A stretch of 63,952 nucleotides of DNA, filler included, from Octopus bimaculoides (taxonomy: Eukaryota), in assembly GCF_001194135.2 (NCBI RefSeq). It is 5 parts of 5 records of this genome, joined end to end, with 100 filler letters (N's around TTAATTAATTAA, not from the genome) between each part and the next. Parts side by side here need not be neighbours in the genome. Positions count along the whole stretch, not along the records: positions 21,013 to 49,740 come from NC_068999.1; positions 49,841 to 56,000 come from NC_068990.1; positions 56,101 to 62,746 come from NC_068986.1; 2 more parts are not named here. The stretch is one strand, 5' to 3'. Each line of letters starts with the position of its first letter. Position 1 is the stretch's first letter. The notes under the pieces were generated by a model that was not told the origin of the DNA, did no database searches, and saw only the letters and a program-made list of their open reading frames with translations. Shown in pieces: positions 49,619-61,878 of the stretch. The position numbers and the translations under genes were made by a program.

Positions 49619-51748
49619 ACATGAGCAGAATCTGCGGCTGGTATGGTAGTGTTAGTGATGGCGGGTGTGGCGGCGGTGACAACTGCTGAAGCAGCGGCAT
49701 GCAGAGTTACTGATAATTATTTCTGAAAGTTCAGCATATTNNNNNNNNNNNNNNNNNNNNNNNNNNNNNNNNNNNNNNNNNNNNTTAATTAATTAANNNN
49801 NNNNNNNNNNNNNNNNNNNNNNNNNNNNNNNNNNNNNNNNCAGAATCTACATAATAATTGATATATGCATAGGAAATTTCATTACAAAATATTCATTTTT
49901 CTGAAAGTTATGACCTTCCAAATTCGGTGGGGGTACAACTCTGTAGTTATGCCCAAAATACATAGGAAAGTACACGCTTAGGCAAGAAAGTCAGGACTCA
50001 TCTCGACATAGTTCTGTGGTCGTATTGATTCGTCAAAGTTTCTATGAACAAGTGAAGGAAATCGAGCGCGCTTGCCAGTGTATTTGTAGACCTAGTGGAC
50101 AATCGAGAGAGGGGGAAAAGAGAGATATAGACAGCGAGTGATGATCGAGAGAGGCAGAGTGAAGCAGATATCGAAAGAGACACAGTAAGCAGAGAGAGCG
50201 GGGGTTAGGTCGATGCACGAGGAAGAATAGTTTGAGATATTTTGGGGAATTTCTGTCGCGTAGACACAGTAAATATTGAATGGTAGAAATAGAAATAGAA
50301 TTCAGAAATAAGTGGTTTTCGGCCAGCTAAGTCTAAGACAGAATTATAAAAATAGGTGACTATGTAGGAAATTAAAACTGAAAAACTTGAATAAATGATT
50401 GGGTTTGACGGCATCGTTAAGGACAACTGAAAATGAATTTGAGCACTAAATGTGATATTACGAATCAGGGCAAAATACATAGGAAAGTACACGCTTTATA
50501 TATATATGTATAAATTATCTGTCTATCTATCTAGTTATCTATTTATGTGTGTGTCTCTGAGTTTCATTGCATAGTGTAAATACAGAAATAAATTTACACA
50601 CACAAAAAAAGCACCCAGCCTTTTGTTTGCAAGTGTCATTGTGCTATTTTAGCTGCTTGTAATTACTATTCAGAAACTTTTTTGGTCTTGTCATCCACTT
50701 TTAATTGCTGTACACATGTGAAATGATATGGCTTCAACATTAGACTTTGGCATGACCTCCTGCTTAAGTGAGACTGCTGTGCCAATTTACATGTTGACTT
50801 CTTTGAACTTCAAGTAATCTTTTGGCAAATGTCTTGAATAACTTCCGGCATTCGAACTGTAGGGTCTCCTTGTTTAGGGGTATTGTGCACTTCTTAACCA
50901 ACACTTGTATCATTCTCTTTACTGGTAAGCCTTTACCCAGAAATTTCACTTCAAAAAACTCCAGAACGGTGATTTTCGGGCCTTGTCTACGTTTCAGGAG
51001 GTTCCTGCTAGCCTTTTAGAGCCTGTAACATGGCAGCACAGCCAGAAGTTGATGGTCATTAGTAAAAGGAGATAATCCCCAACTGTTACCATTGAGTAGT
51101 GAGGCATTTGCCCCTCCATATTTTTAAGAGGTCATGGGTCAACAGGCTTTTGGGATCTGACAATATACCATAAAGCTAAACCCTTTATGGACAGGAAACC
51201 TAAGGTAATCCCATAAACCAGCCTTCCATATATATATATATATATATATATATATGNNNNNNNNNNNNNNNNNNNNNNNNNNNNNNNNNNNNNNNNNNNN
51301 NNNNNNNNNNNNNNNNNNNNNNNNNNNNNNNNNNNNNNNNNNNNNNNNNNNNNNNNNNNNNNNNNNNNNNNNNNNNNNNNNNNNNNNNNNNNNNNNNNNN
51401 NNNNNNNNNNNNNNNNNNNNNNNNNNNNNNNNNNNNNNNNNNNNNNNNNNNNNNNNNNNNNNNNNNNNNNNNNNNNNNNNNNNNNNNNNNNNNNNNNNNN
51501 NNNNNNNNNNNNNNNNNNNNNNNNNNNNNNNNNNNNNNNNNNNNNNNNNNNNNNNNNNNNNNNNNNNNNNNNNNNNNNNNNNNNNNNNNNNNNNNNNNNN
51601 NNNNNNNNNNNNNNNNNNNNNNNNNNNNNNNNNNNNNNNNNNNNNNNNNNNNNNNNNNNNNNNNNNNNNNNNNNNNNNNNNNNNNNNNNNNNNNNNNNNN
51701 NNNNNNNNNNNNNNNNNNNNNNNNNNNNNNNNNNNNNNNNNNNNNNNN

Positions 51749-51784
<36 letters not shown>

Positions 51785-52049
51785 AAATATGGGAGTTTAG
51801 TTCACAGTTGATCTAAACAATTAAGTACACTAGGTAAGTGTTGAATATATTATAGAGAATTATATGTCCTGGTGTACATCATAGAATTTAAGATAAATAA
51901 TTCAGTTAATTGGGGTAATTTGATTTAATTTAATTGTGATGTGATGTTAAATTATGCTCTGTAGTAAGGGGGAGGGGGAGGGGAAGTAATCAGATCCTAG
52001 GCAGGTCAGCTAATAACCTGTAATGTAGGTATTAGTATTTAGAGAATAA

Positions 52050-53728
52050 GAATTTATCTTTATGTAAACATGCAATATTTTTCTCGTCTCATTTATTAAG
52101 CAATTCAGATTTGGCCATTAAAATTAAGAATTTCTCATTTATGCATAAATTACAGTGATTATTTTTAAGGTTTTATGAAGATGTTTTGGCTAAGATATGC
52201 CATTCTAATCTATAATTAATGTTATTGTCTTTTAGTTCCTAGATGTAACTACATAAGTTTCTGTTCATTTTTAGTTGCTCCTATATAAGTTTTCTTGTAA
52301 TTATTGGAAAATACATCACATTGGTAGATTACATTTTTAGTTTTACATTTATTCAAGAGTTTTCAAGTATATTTATCTCTGCAGCTACATAGATTAGTAA
52401 GATTAACTTTGCCTATAATATGATGAGGGATTATCATTTATAAGGTGGTTGTCCAAATTTTTAGAGGGTGAGTTATTTGGGGGATCACTTATATCAATTA
52501 ATTGGTTGTTGTACTTTTCATAGAAAGTGTCTAGCTTTTTATTGTTGATAGAGGCTATAATAGTAGCTAGGCTGCTAGTTAGGCTATGGCCTACTCTAAT
52601 TTTATTGCTAAAAATTTCTGAGTATTTCATATTCATATTGAAGTGCTTATTTAAAAGTTTCATTATAGATTTAACAATATTGGTTTTTAGCTGAATCGCA
52701 AAGGGAATTATTAGCCAGATGCTATCTTTATTCCACTTGTTATTTTTAATATTTTTGTTCTTGATATAAAAGCTGCTCTCAGTATTATTGTAGATCGTAA
52801 AGTTATGGTTATTATTATTACTACTCTTTCTATTGTTATTTTTATTACTATTGCTATCAGCTTTGGTAGGGTTGTTCCTATTCGTTTTATTTATTTTATT
52901 TATCTTGTTATTATAATTACTAAACAGGGACTTTATTGGTTCTTTTATGTTGTGTATTATTTTTATTTTTATTGTTATTATTATTTTTCTTGGTATTGTT
53001 CTCATTCCCACTATTAGTATTTCTATCATTATCATATCTAATGTTGTTATTCATATCATTATGAATCTTATTATTCTTCCTACTATTTTTATTATTACTA
53101 CTATTATTGTTATTATTCTTATTGCTTTTGTGATTATTATTATAGATATTTTGGTTATTATTCCTATTACTATGATTATGAATATTTATGTTATTCAGGT
53201 TATTTTTATAAGGCTCCAAGTAAAGGTGCTTAATTTTTTCCTTATAGCCTGCTTTTTCCAATGCAATATTGTAGTGTTCCTTATACTTATTGAAGATATT
53301 TTCATTGGACAAGAGATACGAAATTCGTTTACTAATGCCCTGCACAAATCCTCTTTTTATAAAGTTTGGACGGTTGCTATGTGCTTTAATATATTTGAGG
53401 TCGGTATTAGGTTTAGTGTACGGTTCATGTAATCCCGTGGTTAAAATATAATTGGCATCTAAATAGTTAATAGAATTATGTTCTTTTTCTATCATGATGG
53501 TTAATCCAAACCTTTTAAAGAACTTATATAGTTTTTTCTTTAGTAGTTCAAGTCTCCTATTTGAGGTGTTTTTAAGGGTAAATAACGCATCATCTCTGTA
53601 AAGGCCTCCTCTAATCTCTGGGAATTCTTCATGTAAATGTGATAATAGGTAAATACCCACTAAATCAGATACCTGTGCTGAGTTTGGGGCCCCCATAGTG
53701 ATGTCGAAATTATTGGTGAATCTTGTTT
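52050..53728 (-). mobile_element. Penelope-like element, 5'-truncated: RT, Asn-rich linker and C-terminal GIY-YIG endonuclease (frameshifted)
   Basis: RT: FDITMGAPNSAQVSDLVGIYLL...GGLYRDD...NYLD...PYTKPN. Linker: IWLIIPF...KTNIVK...KHF...IFSNK. Endonuclease by manual translation of 52400-52050: CSCR...NVIYQCDV...KTYIGAT, then CNLCINEK...LLNK. Confidence 0.9.
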
Positions 53729-55045
53729 GAGGGTGAGCTGAAAAGTTCATAGGCTGACCAAGATACTCTCATGGAATGTGACCAAATGAGGTTTACTTTT
53801 CAATATGACCAAATGAGGTTTACTTTTCAACAACTTGCAGTCCACACATTCCTTCCATTAGTGTTGCAGTGCTTGGATCCCATTGGTGAAGAAGTTGTCA
53901 TCCTGTTGGTCAAAAAAGTCATCAACAGTAGATATGTTGTCCTCATCACTGCAATACTGGTTCCCAGCCAAATGTTTTTTTATGTTGGGGAACAGATGAT
54001 AGTCAGATGGGGACAAATCGGGAAAATAGGGAGGCTGATCAACAGTTCAAAGCCACAGTCATGCAGAGCAGCCATTGAAACCAAGGACTTGTGTGTTGGA
54101 GCATTGTCCTGAAGAAACAAGACCCTTTTTGTCAGTTTTCCTGGTGTTAGTTCTTGACAGCCTTTCATAACTGCCTCAGCAAGTTCGCATAGTATTCTCC
54201 ATTAATGGTGTGGCCCTTTTGAAGATAGCTAAACACAATGCCTTTTACATCCCCCCCCCCCAAAAAAAAGAAACAGAGTCCATCACCTTTCCTGCAGATG
54301 AAACGACCTTGGTTTTCTTTGAAACAGGTGAGGTGGGGTTTCCCACTACATGGATTGTTTCTTTGTCTTTGACTCAAAGTGATGAATCCAACACTCATCC
54401 TGGTTTAGGAAACATTCGAGGAAATCAGCTGGATCTGCCTCTGACAAGGCCAGATTTTCCCTTGATGGGATCAACCTGGTGCACTTTTGATCAGGTGTCA
54501 GAAGATGCGATACCCACTAAGCAGAAGCCGTCATCATGTCAAGTTCATTGTGCAGAATATTCTTAACTTTCTCACAGAATATGCTTATAGGATTAGTTAT
54601 TTGATTTATAGTTAATTGCATGTCATCCACTGCCATGTAACATGATCAATGTTTTCCTCAGTTGTGACAGTTGCAGGATATCTAGACCTTGGGTCATTTT
54701 CAAGACTATCCCTTCCCTTTCTAAACTCAGCTACCCACTTTTGCACTGTTGATAAGACTGGAACATCATCTCTTAATGTAGCAACCATGTCAGCATGAAT
54801 GTCTTTGAGGGCTAGAGCTTTCTTCTGCAGGTACTTAATAAGAGCATGATGCCAAATTTTGTCCATTTTCAAGAGAAGTTGCTACAAGTTACTTTTGAAA
54901 TCTTCTTTGATGAGCCAGATGAAATTTTACCCAGAAAGAAACAATGCAGTTATTAATAAGAAGTATTGAAATTAATGTATGCAAGATGTCACAGCTCTAA
55001 CATCACTCCTTCATGGTCAGCCTATGAACTTTTCAACTCATCCTC
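53729..55045 (-). mobile_element. Full-length defective mariner (DD34D)
   Basis: 32-bp TIRs with 30/32 identity: gagggtgagctgaaaagttcataggctgacca and tggtcagcctatgaacttttcaactcatcctc. Transposase includes LSTVQKWVAEFRKGR and FLQDNAPTH...PYFPDLSPSDYHLF, with 34-residue spacing once a 1-nt frameshift is corrected. TA TSDs are eroded. Confidence 0.92.
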
Positions 55046-55149
55046 AAGTGGATTCATATCAAAAGGGTTAATTATAATTTGGAGGAAGAGAGAAAAAAAA
55101 AGAGATACAAAAGGAGAAAGAAAGTAAAACAATTTGTCCCCTGGGGTAG

Positions 55150-55350
55150 GTACACATTGCTTCTTTAAGTCTTTTATTTCATCAGTTCCTAGTGTGAAAT
55201 TGCCAAATATAATAATTCAGTTTGATTTGGAGACTTGTTGACCAAACTGGTAACCTTGATAATATCAATATAGAATGTTTCTTTTACTGATTCTTACTGT
55301 GTTGTTGTAGATGCATTCACAGTAGCATTGTATCACCCTTTCTAATATAT
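55150..55350 (-). mobile_element. Decayed APE-endonuclease fragment of an RTE-like LINE
   Basis: Minus-strand pieces VIQCY, KETFYIDI and IIIFGNF resemble the VIQCYAPT...KE.FY..L...IIxGDFN motif series. Confidence 0.4.
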
Positions 55351-55413
55351 CACAATAGTGAACAAATGTGCAAATTTACAGAAACCATTCAAAAGTATTT
55401 GTGCATACGAGTA

Positions 55414-55451
<38 letters not shown>

Positions 55452-55756
55452 TGTGTGTGTGTGCTTGTGTGTGTGGTTATATGCATGTGTAACATATATA
55501 AACACACACATTTATATTTATACACATGTACACACACACATGCATATATTTATACACACGTACATACACACACATATATATACATACACTTCAATGTTGA
55601 GATAAACTAGAGAGTGGAATATGAGCCAATTAATGTTTATATTATTTCTGTATTTCTACACACACACACACACACGCACACACACACACACATACATACA
55701 TGTAAACATGCATATACACATATATATTTGCATATATATATGTATATATATTTATA

Positions 55757-55913
55757 GGTGCAGGAGTGGCTGTGTGGTTGCTTCCCAACCACATGGTTCC
55801 AGGTTCAGTCCGACTGCATGGCACCTTGGGCAAGTGTTTTCTACTATAGTCTTGGGCCGACTAAAGACTTGTGAGTGGATTTAGCAGAGGGAAACTGAAA
55901 GAAGCACTTTGTA

Positions 55914-55915
<2 letters not shown>
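55757..55915 (+). mobile_element. SINE family A head
   Basis: ggtgcaggagtggctgtgtgg...ccaggttcagtccgactgcatggcaccttgggcaagtg...gaaactgaaagaagc. Confidence 0.9.
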
Positions 55916-55945
<30 letters not shown>

Positions 55946-56504
55946 ATTTACTAAGCCCTTTGACTTTGTACTTTAATTTAAGTAAGTGTTTATTTTTGAG
56001 NNNNNNNNNNNNNNNNNNNNNNNNNNNNNNNNNNNNNNNNNNNNTTAATTAATTAANNNNNNNNNNNNNNNNNNNNNNNNNNNNNNNNNNNNNNNNNNNN
56101 ATATATATATATATATATATATACATACATACATTCATTTATGTATGTGTGTATGTATCTATGTATATATGCATCTACATATGTGTACGATAAACAGATG
56201 GCGATTTTAATTTAATGCTGTTTCAATTGTGCACATTGATGTGTGTGTATGTATGCAGATATATATTGACTTTAGTATTAGAAATGATCAAATTAGTCAT
56301 TAATTTATACTAATTACTGTATAGGTAATTTAAAATGCTTGTTTAGGATCAGATTAATACTGCAATTAATATCATTGAACGTTATTCTAACAAATAATCA
56401 TTGTGTTGTCATAAATATATATATGTATATATATAGAGAGAGATACAAAATTTATAAACAAGGGTACAAAATGACACCAGCATTGCTAGAAACAAGAGAC
56501 AAAG

Positions 56505-56547
56505 ACGACTCAATTACAAAAAGTACTTATCTTAATAAGTTGACGAA

Positions 56548-56633
<86 letters not shown>

Positions 56634-57186
56634 AAAAGCTACGTACCTTTGTGAGACAGACTCAAAAGTTAAGTAGCAGATATATCAACATCACGTGATT
56701 TCGAATTCTGATGCAGTGCGTCTCAGTTCAAGTCAGTGGGTCTTACTGCGCCTAGGGTTAAATAAAATTCGCATCGTCAAGTCAAAGAGAAAAACGTTGA
56801 AAGTGTGCGTTATTTCAAAATGGTAGAAGTGTATTCAATAAATAATGTAGGTGGCCTATGAGTAAGTAAAACCTACAGGAAAATTTATTAGCAAGGGAAC
56901 AAAATAGTACCAGCATTGCTAGAAGCAAGAATAAAAAACGACTCGATTAGCCACAAAAAGTACTTATCTTTCCTTTGAGTTGACGAGGCGAGTTATACTT
57001 AACCCTAGCCGCAGTAAATTCCTCTGACGAGAACTGAGATGCACCGTATCAGACTTCGAAATCACATGATATGGATATAACTATTTCTTCATTTCTGAGC
57101 TTGTCTCACTATGGTACGTAGCATTCTCGCTCCCTCTCTTTCGTCAGCTTATTAAGATAAGTGCTTTTTTGTGGCTAATCGAGTTG
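56505..57186. repeat. Inverted duplication (arms 56505-56761 and 56999-57186) with an internal direct partial copy (about 56900-56990)
   Basis: gctacgtacc...gtgagaca...atcacgtgatttcgaattctgatgc...ctagggttaa recurs as its reverse complement. The block acaaaaagtacttatctt occurs three times. Confidence 0.85.
57021..57074 (+). ncRNA. Type I hammerhead motif (sibling at 56686-56739, minus strand)
   Basis: cct-CTGACGA-gaactga(gatgcaccgta)tcag(ac)ttc-GAAA-tcacatga-TA-tgg. The sibling has a mutated core but the perfect palindrome ATCACGTGAT and a cca helix I strand, so the consensus of the two copies restores a complete motif. Confidence 0.55.
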
Positions 57187-57240
57187 CTTTTCTCACCTAC
57201 ATTATACATACATACATACATACATGCATACATACATACA

Positions 57241-57271
<31 letters not shown>

Positions 57272-57480
57272 GGCAGAATCGTTAGCACGCCGGACGAAAT
57301 GCTTAGCGGTATTTCGTCTGCCGTTACGTTCTGAGTTCAGATTCCACTGAGGTCGACTTTGCCGTTCAACCTTTCGGGGTCGATTAAATAAGTTACGCAC
57401 TGGGTCGATGTAATCGACTTAATCCCTTTGTTTGTCCTTGTTTGTCCCCTCTGTGTTTAACCCCTGTGGGCAATAAAGAT
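57272..57480 (+). mobile_element. SINE family B (low divergence)
   Basis: ggcagaatcgttagcacgccggacgaaatgcttagcggtatttcgtctgccgttacgttctgagttcagattcc; A- and B-box-like head. Confidence 0.9.
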
Positions 57481-57495
57481 ACATACACACATACA

Positions 57496-57526
<31 letters not shown>

Positions 57527-58208
57527 GGGGATGTTTCTATGTGGCCTGCTTGTTTGTTGCACCTTGTTTACCATTTTGTCCATGTTCTTTTGCCACGTCA
57601 TGTACCCAGTTATGTATCTATATGTACATGTGGATGAAGGTATATACATACATGTACATATATATGCATATACTCATATATTGTTTATATATACATATAT
57701 ATATATATCATCATCATCATCATCATCACTATAGTTAGATATATACACGCACAAACACACACACATGCATCCAAACACATTTGCGCATGTGAAAGTGTGT
57801 ATATGCATGTACGTATATACAACCATGCGTATATTTCGTATATATGTGTATTTAGTTTGTGTGTGTGTTAAGTGCGTGTTTGTGTATATGTATTCATTCA
57901 TGTAAATTGTATGTATTATTTGACTCTATTCAGACTATTGTTACAAGAACTTAGTGTTAACATGTACTGTATAATTTAATGAGCATGAGTTACATTAGAT
58001 TCATTACCTAAGCAGAATTATTTATGTGATAAAGAAAAGACAACATTATCTCAATGGCTAGGAGACAGTTTCGGTCATGTTTCGGTACCGTTTGACTTTC
58101 TCGGCGGAGAACAAATTTTACTTTAGTTTCCGAATTATTGAGACAAACTCTGGTAAATATTGTTAAACACTACTAAATATCTCTTAACTCACTTCTCTGT
58201 CAATCCTA

Positions 58209-58290
<82 letters not shown>

Positions 58291-58599
58291 CACACACACA
58301 CACACTCACACACACAATCAACTTTTCTCACCAAAGCCATTAATCTATATTTGTAAATGAATTTTGTATTTTCACTTTGAATACTGCTGTTTTGGCGTTA
58401 TCCTTCTTCAAGTCCACAATCGATTTGTTGAACAGACGGAGCTGCCCAAATAAAAGCCATTAATACATTTCTCCAAAATCATTTTCAAACTATTATGTTT
58501 TCACTTCTGAGCAGTGCTCTTGGGCACAAAAGTGGGATGTCAAGCCAGCAAAAATTTAACTAATATTCTTTCAGCTGCGTTGCATGAAAATATTGTGAA

Positions 58600-60560
58600 A
58601 ATATTTCAAAATATTTCACAATTTTCACAATAATTTACTATAAGATTTGGCAATACCTCAACAACTGCTTCGAAACATCTGCACTCCAGCCAATGCCAAC
58701 AAGATACTTTCCAGGTTTGGTTATTAATTGGTAAAATGCTGTTCTAGATTTTTCATTTTACTTCACCAAAAGTTTGTGTTGTTGCTGTTTCTACAAAATC
58801 CATCAACCTGTGATTGCCAATAATTAAGTCCACTAATCAAGATCTCAACTGTCTCATTGACCAGGAATGTATTATTGAATAAGGGAAGGTCTCATTCCAA
58901 CAGCTTTTCGGTTCGAAGCATCCATAGAAATTGTCACAAAACTTGCGCCAGTTTTATCTTCAGCAAGCCATTAGTATACTTACATTTAAAATTACAGTTT
59001 CATACATTGTCTGCGATGAACGAAATTTTGACTCAAAAGATTTGCAGATCAATTTTGACGAACAGTCAGATGTCTTGCTGATGATATAGGTGATGTCGTC
59101 CATTCTGGTATAGCATAACTGACAGTTTCTATCAAAGCGTAGCGGTTTGGCGATATCTTTATCTCTCTTGTTTATCAGGTATTTAGTAGCTATATCCTGC
59201 ACCTGGATAGCGAAGACATCCTTCTAGATAGGATGTAATGCATTTATCACAGGTCCTGGAGAGGTTATTCTCTCTGCCGACGCGGTTATTATCCCCTAGC
59301 TCACAGGGTATGTACCCATGCATTCCTTTTTGTGGTATGATACATACTTCTCCAAGATTCTGTTTGGGTAGGCCAGTCCAGTTTCCTTCCGGTCAAATGA
59401 AACAGTTGTACTCCTGGAGTACCTGCTCAAGAATTTTTCCCCTACCCTGAAGATGTTGTTGCTCTCACTTTTGAGTATGCATGGAATGTACTCATTTCTT
59501 TCTTTACTGTTCAGCAGCTGTTGTTTGAGCAACACAACGCGACATTCAAAGGTTATTTGGATTCACTATATGCTTCTGTCACCATCTCTTAATCTCACAC
59601 AGATCCATTGGTCTTCCTGTTGATGTGAAGCTGTCAGTGGTAGTCAGTATCTTTCTCGTTTTGTTAAGACCTCAGATCTCGTCAAGTATCCAATCTAATA
59701 TCCCAATTGTCGGTACTAGCACTGGCACTGCAAAAGCATTCTGAGATATGATCTTCTTAAACGCAGACAGCACTGAGTTCCATGTTTTCCAGAGTCTGTA
59801 GAAGTACTCTTTTCTTATTCTGGTTTTCTCACAGCACCAACGTATGCAACATTCTCGTCGGTTTCGAGATAATTATAGTTTTCATCATTAGAAATGGGGA
59901 TCATAAACAAGCCATTGATGCTCATTTGACTATCATATATGAAGGTTTATCTTGCCCAAACTCCATTCTTATGTCCCGTGAGAATGTTGTGAGTAGTTCT
60001 AATTGTCTCTGGATGTTATTCGTGTTACCAGATTATAGCTTTAGGTCAGGGGTTCCCAACCTTATTTTGCTGTTGACCCCATATATGCACTTGTAAATTT
60101 TTGAAATAAAATATTTGTTTGTAGGTTAGTAAAAAAATTAACAATGAAATAATTTCGTTATATTCATAACATAAATTCCAAATACAAACCATGAAAATTT
60201 CAATAAATACAGGTACCTCTCCTAGTAAACAAAATTATTATATGGACCCACGAATTACAATTCTTTTCTCGTGGACCCCCTTAAAGCTTCTGTGGACCCC
60301 GGCTGGATCCTCTGCTTTAGGTCATCAACAGAAAATATGTACATGGTACTAATTTCATTACTTTTGCATATTCCAGTAGTATGTAGCTTTGACATTTTGT
60401 TAACAGGGCTGACAGAGGATTCACTACCAGTGTACAAGCAATGTTACAGATAAACTAACACCCTGGAATATGTCAGTTGACCACCTAACTCTATTTGTGT
60501 ATCTTTTCAAATGCTTCATTTCTATGTAAATATATTTAGTCGATTGCTGACATTTATCAA
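58600..60560 (-). mobile_element. Old R4/Dong-clade LINE: RT, thumb and zinc knuckle (pseudogenised, interrupted by a MITE)
   Basis: Minus-strand motifs in order: DIFQG, VNPLSALL, FSVDDLKL, FSRDIRMEFGQDK, KEYFYRL...NAFAVPVL...TRKILT, and FAIQVQDIATK...CQLC. These are typical of R4/Dong ORFs. Confidence 0.8.
60047..60314. mobile_element. hAT-type MITE, 268 bp
   Basis: Exact 8-bp TSD ctttaggt at 60039-60046 and 60315-60322. Left TIR caggggttcccaacc; decayed right TIR ggctggatcctctg. Confidence 0.85.
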
Positions 60561-60606
60561 TGGTTTCTCCCATTGTTCTGATGTACCATTTTTAATCATT
60601 GATTAA

Positions 60607-60767
60607 AGGCGCAGGCGTGTCTGTGTGGTAAGAAGCTTGCTTACTAACTACATGGTTCCGGGTTCAGTCCCACTGCGTGATACCTTGAGCAAATGTTTTC
60701 TATAGCCTCGGGCCGACTAAAGCCTTGTGAGTGTATTTGGTAGACGGAAACTGAAAGAAGCAGGTCG

Positions 60768-60804
<37 letters not shown>

Positions 60805-61025
60805 CTATGTGTGTGTGTGTGTGTCTTTGTGTCTTTGTTTGTCCCCACCATCACCACTTGACAATCAGCGTTGGTGCGTTTACTTAGCAGCTAGACTAAA
60901 GAACCGATAAAATAAGTACAAAGCTTTAAAAAATAAGTTCTGGGGTCGATTTGTTCGACTAAAACCCTTAAAGGCAGTGCTCCAGCATGGCTGCAATCAA
61001 ATGATTGAAACAAGTAAAAGAAAAA
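60607..61025 (+). mobile_element. SINE family A, full length
   Basis: tRNA-like head ggcgcaggcgtgtctgtgtggtaagaagcttgc...ccgggttcagtccc, a microsatellite middle, and tail gtgctccagcatggctgcaatcaaatgattgaaacaagtaaaag. Confidence 0.9.
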
Positions 61026-61489
61026 AAGAACTGTTGGCATTTTTGACGACACAGGAACACTTGTATACAATAAACAGCTGACACACGAGTCGCTTTAAAT
61101 TTCATTCAGTTTTGTAATTTGAATAGAAATATAAAGTCGTCGACGACAGGAATTGACGAACCGAGAAGAGCATTAAGTAACATATGTGAGTCGATTACTC
61201 TTTATTTGTATAGGAGAGATGAGGAAGAAGATTTATATTAATTTGCAGTTATATATGTATGTGTATATAGATATGTATGTGTGTGTGCGTGTGTGTGTAT
61301 GTTTGTGCATACACACACACGCACACGTATACATACATACATACATACATACATACATACATACATTTATTGATACGCTTATAATCAGATAATAGGGCTG
61401 AACGTTGAAATTTTCGAGTTATTAAATAAAGCAAAACTTATTAATTTAAAGAGTACATGTAACTTAGTCAACATTGCTAGGCTTTGGCC

Positions 61490-61720
61490 ATTATTAGCCA
61501 AGACCATATCTAACTCAATAACAACATCTGGAAGTAGTCTTTTACGTACTGTTTTAGGACATCTAACCCACTCGCATAGTGAGTTGTCTGCATTAAGGTG
61601 TCGATGGTTTGTCCAGTATTTCTAGGAGGAATTTATCCATGCACTCTTAGAGTGTTATAGAATCTAAATCGTCTTTGATTTCTTTCAGAATAGATGATGA
61701 ATAAAATAGGACCAGTTAAG
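61490..61720 (-). mobile_element. CR1-like LINE 3' end remnant
   Basis: Minus strand GPILF...LKEIKDD...MDKFLLEILDKP resembles the GP.LFN.LP...FK..LDKFL..IPD.P terminus of CR1/L2-type ORF2. Confidence 0.5.
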
Positions 61721-61878
61721 ATGAAATTATTTTGTCACAATGTTGTTATGTGATATGAGCTCGATATTTGTAGGCGGTGTACGGTTCTAAACCTTGGGTG
61801 ATTAAAAAAAAAATCTGATGCTGGCAGCATTTAGATAATGTTGATGGAATATTTTCCACATTATGTAAATGATGAAAT

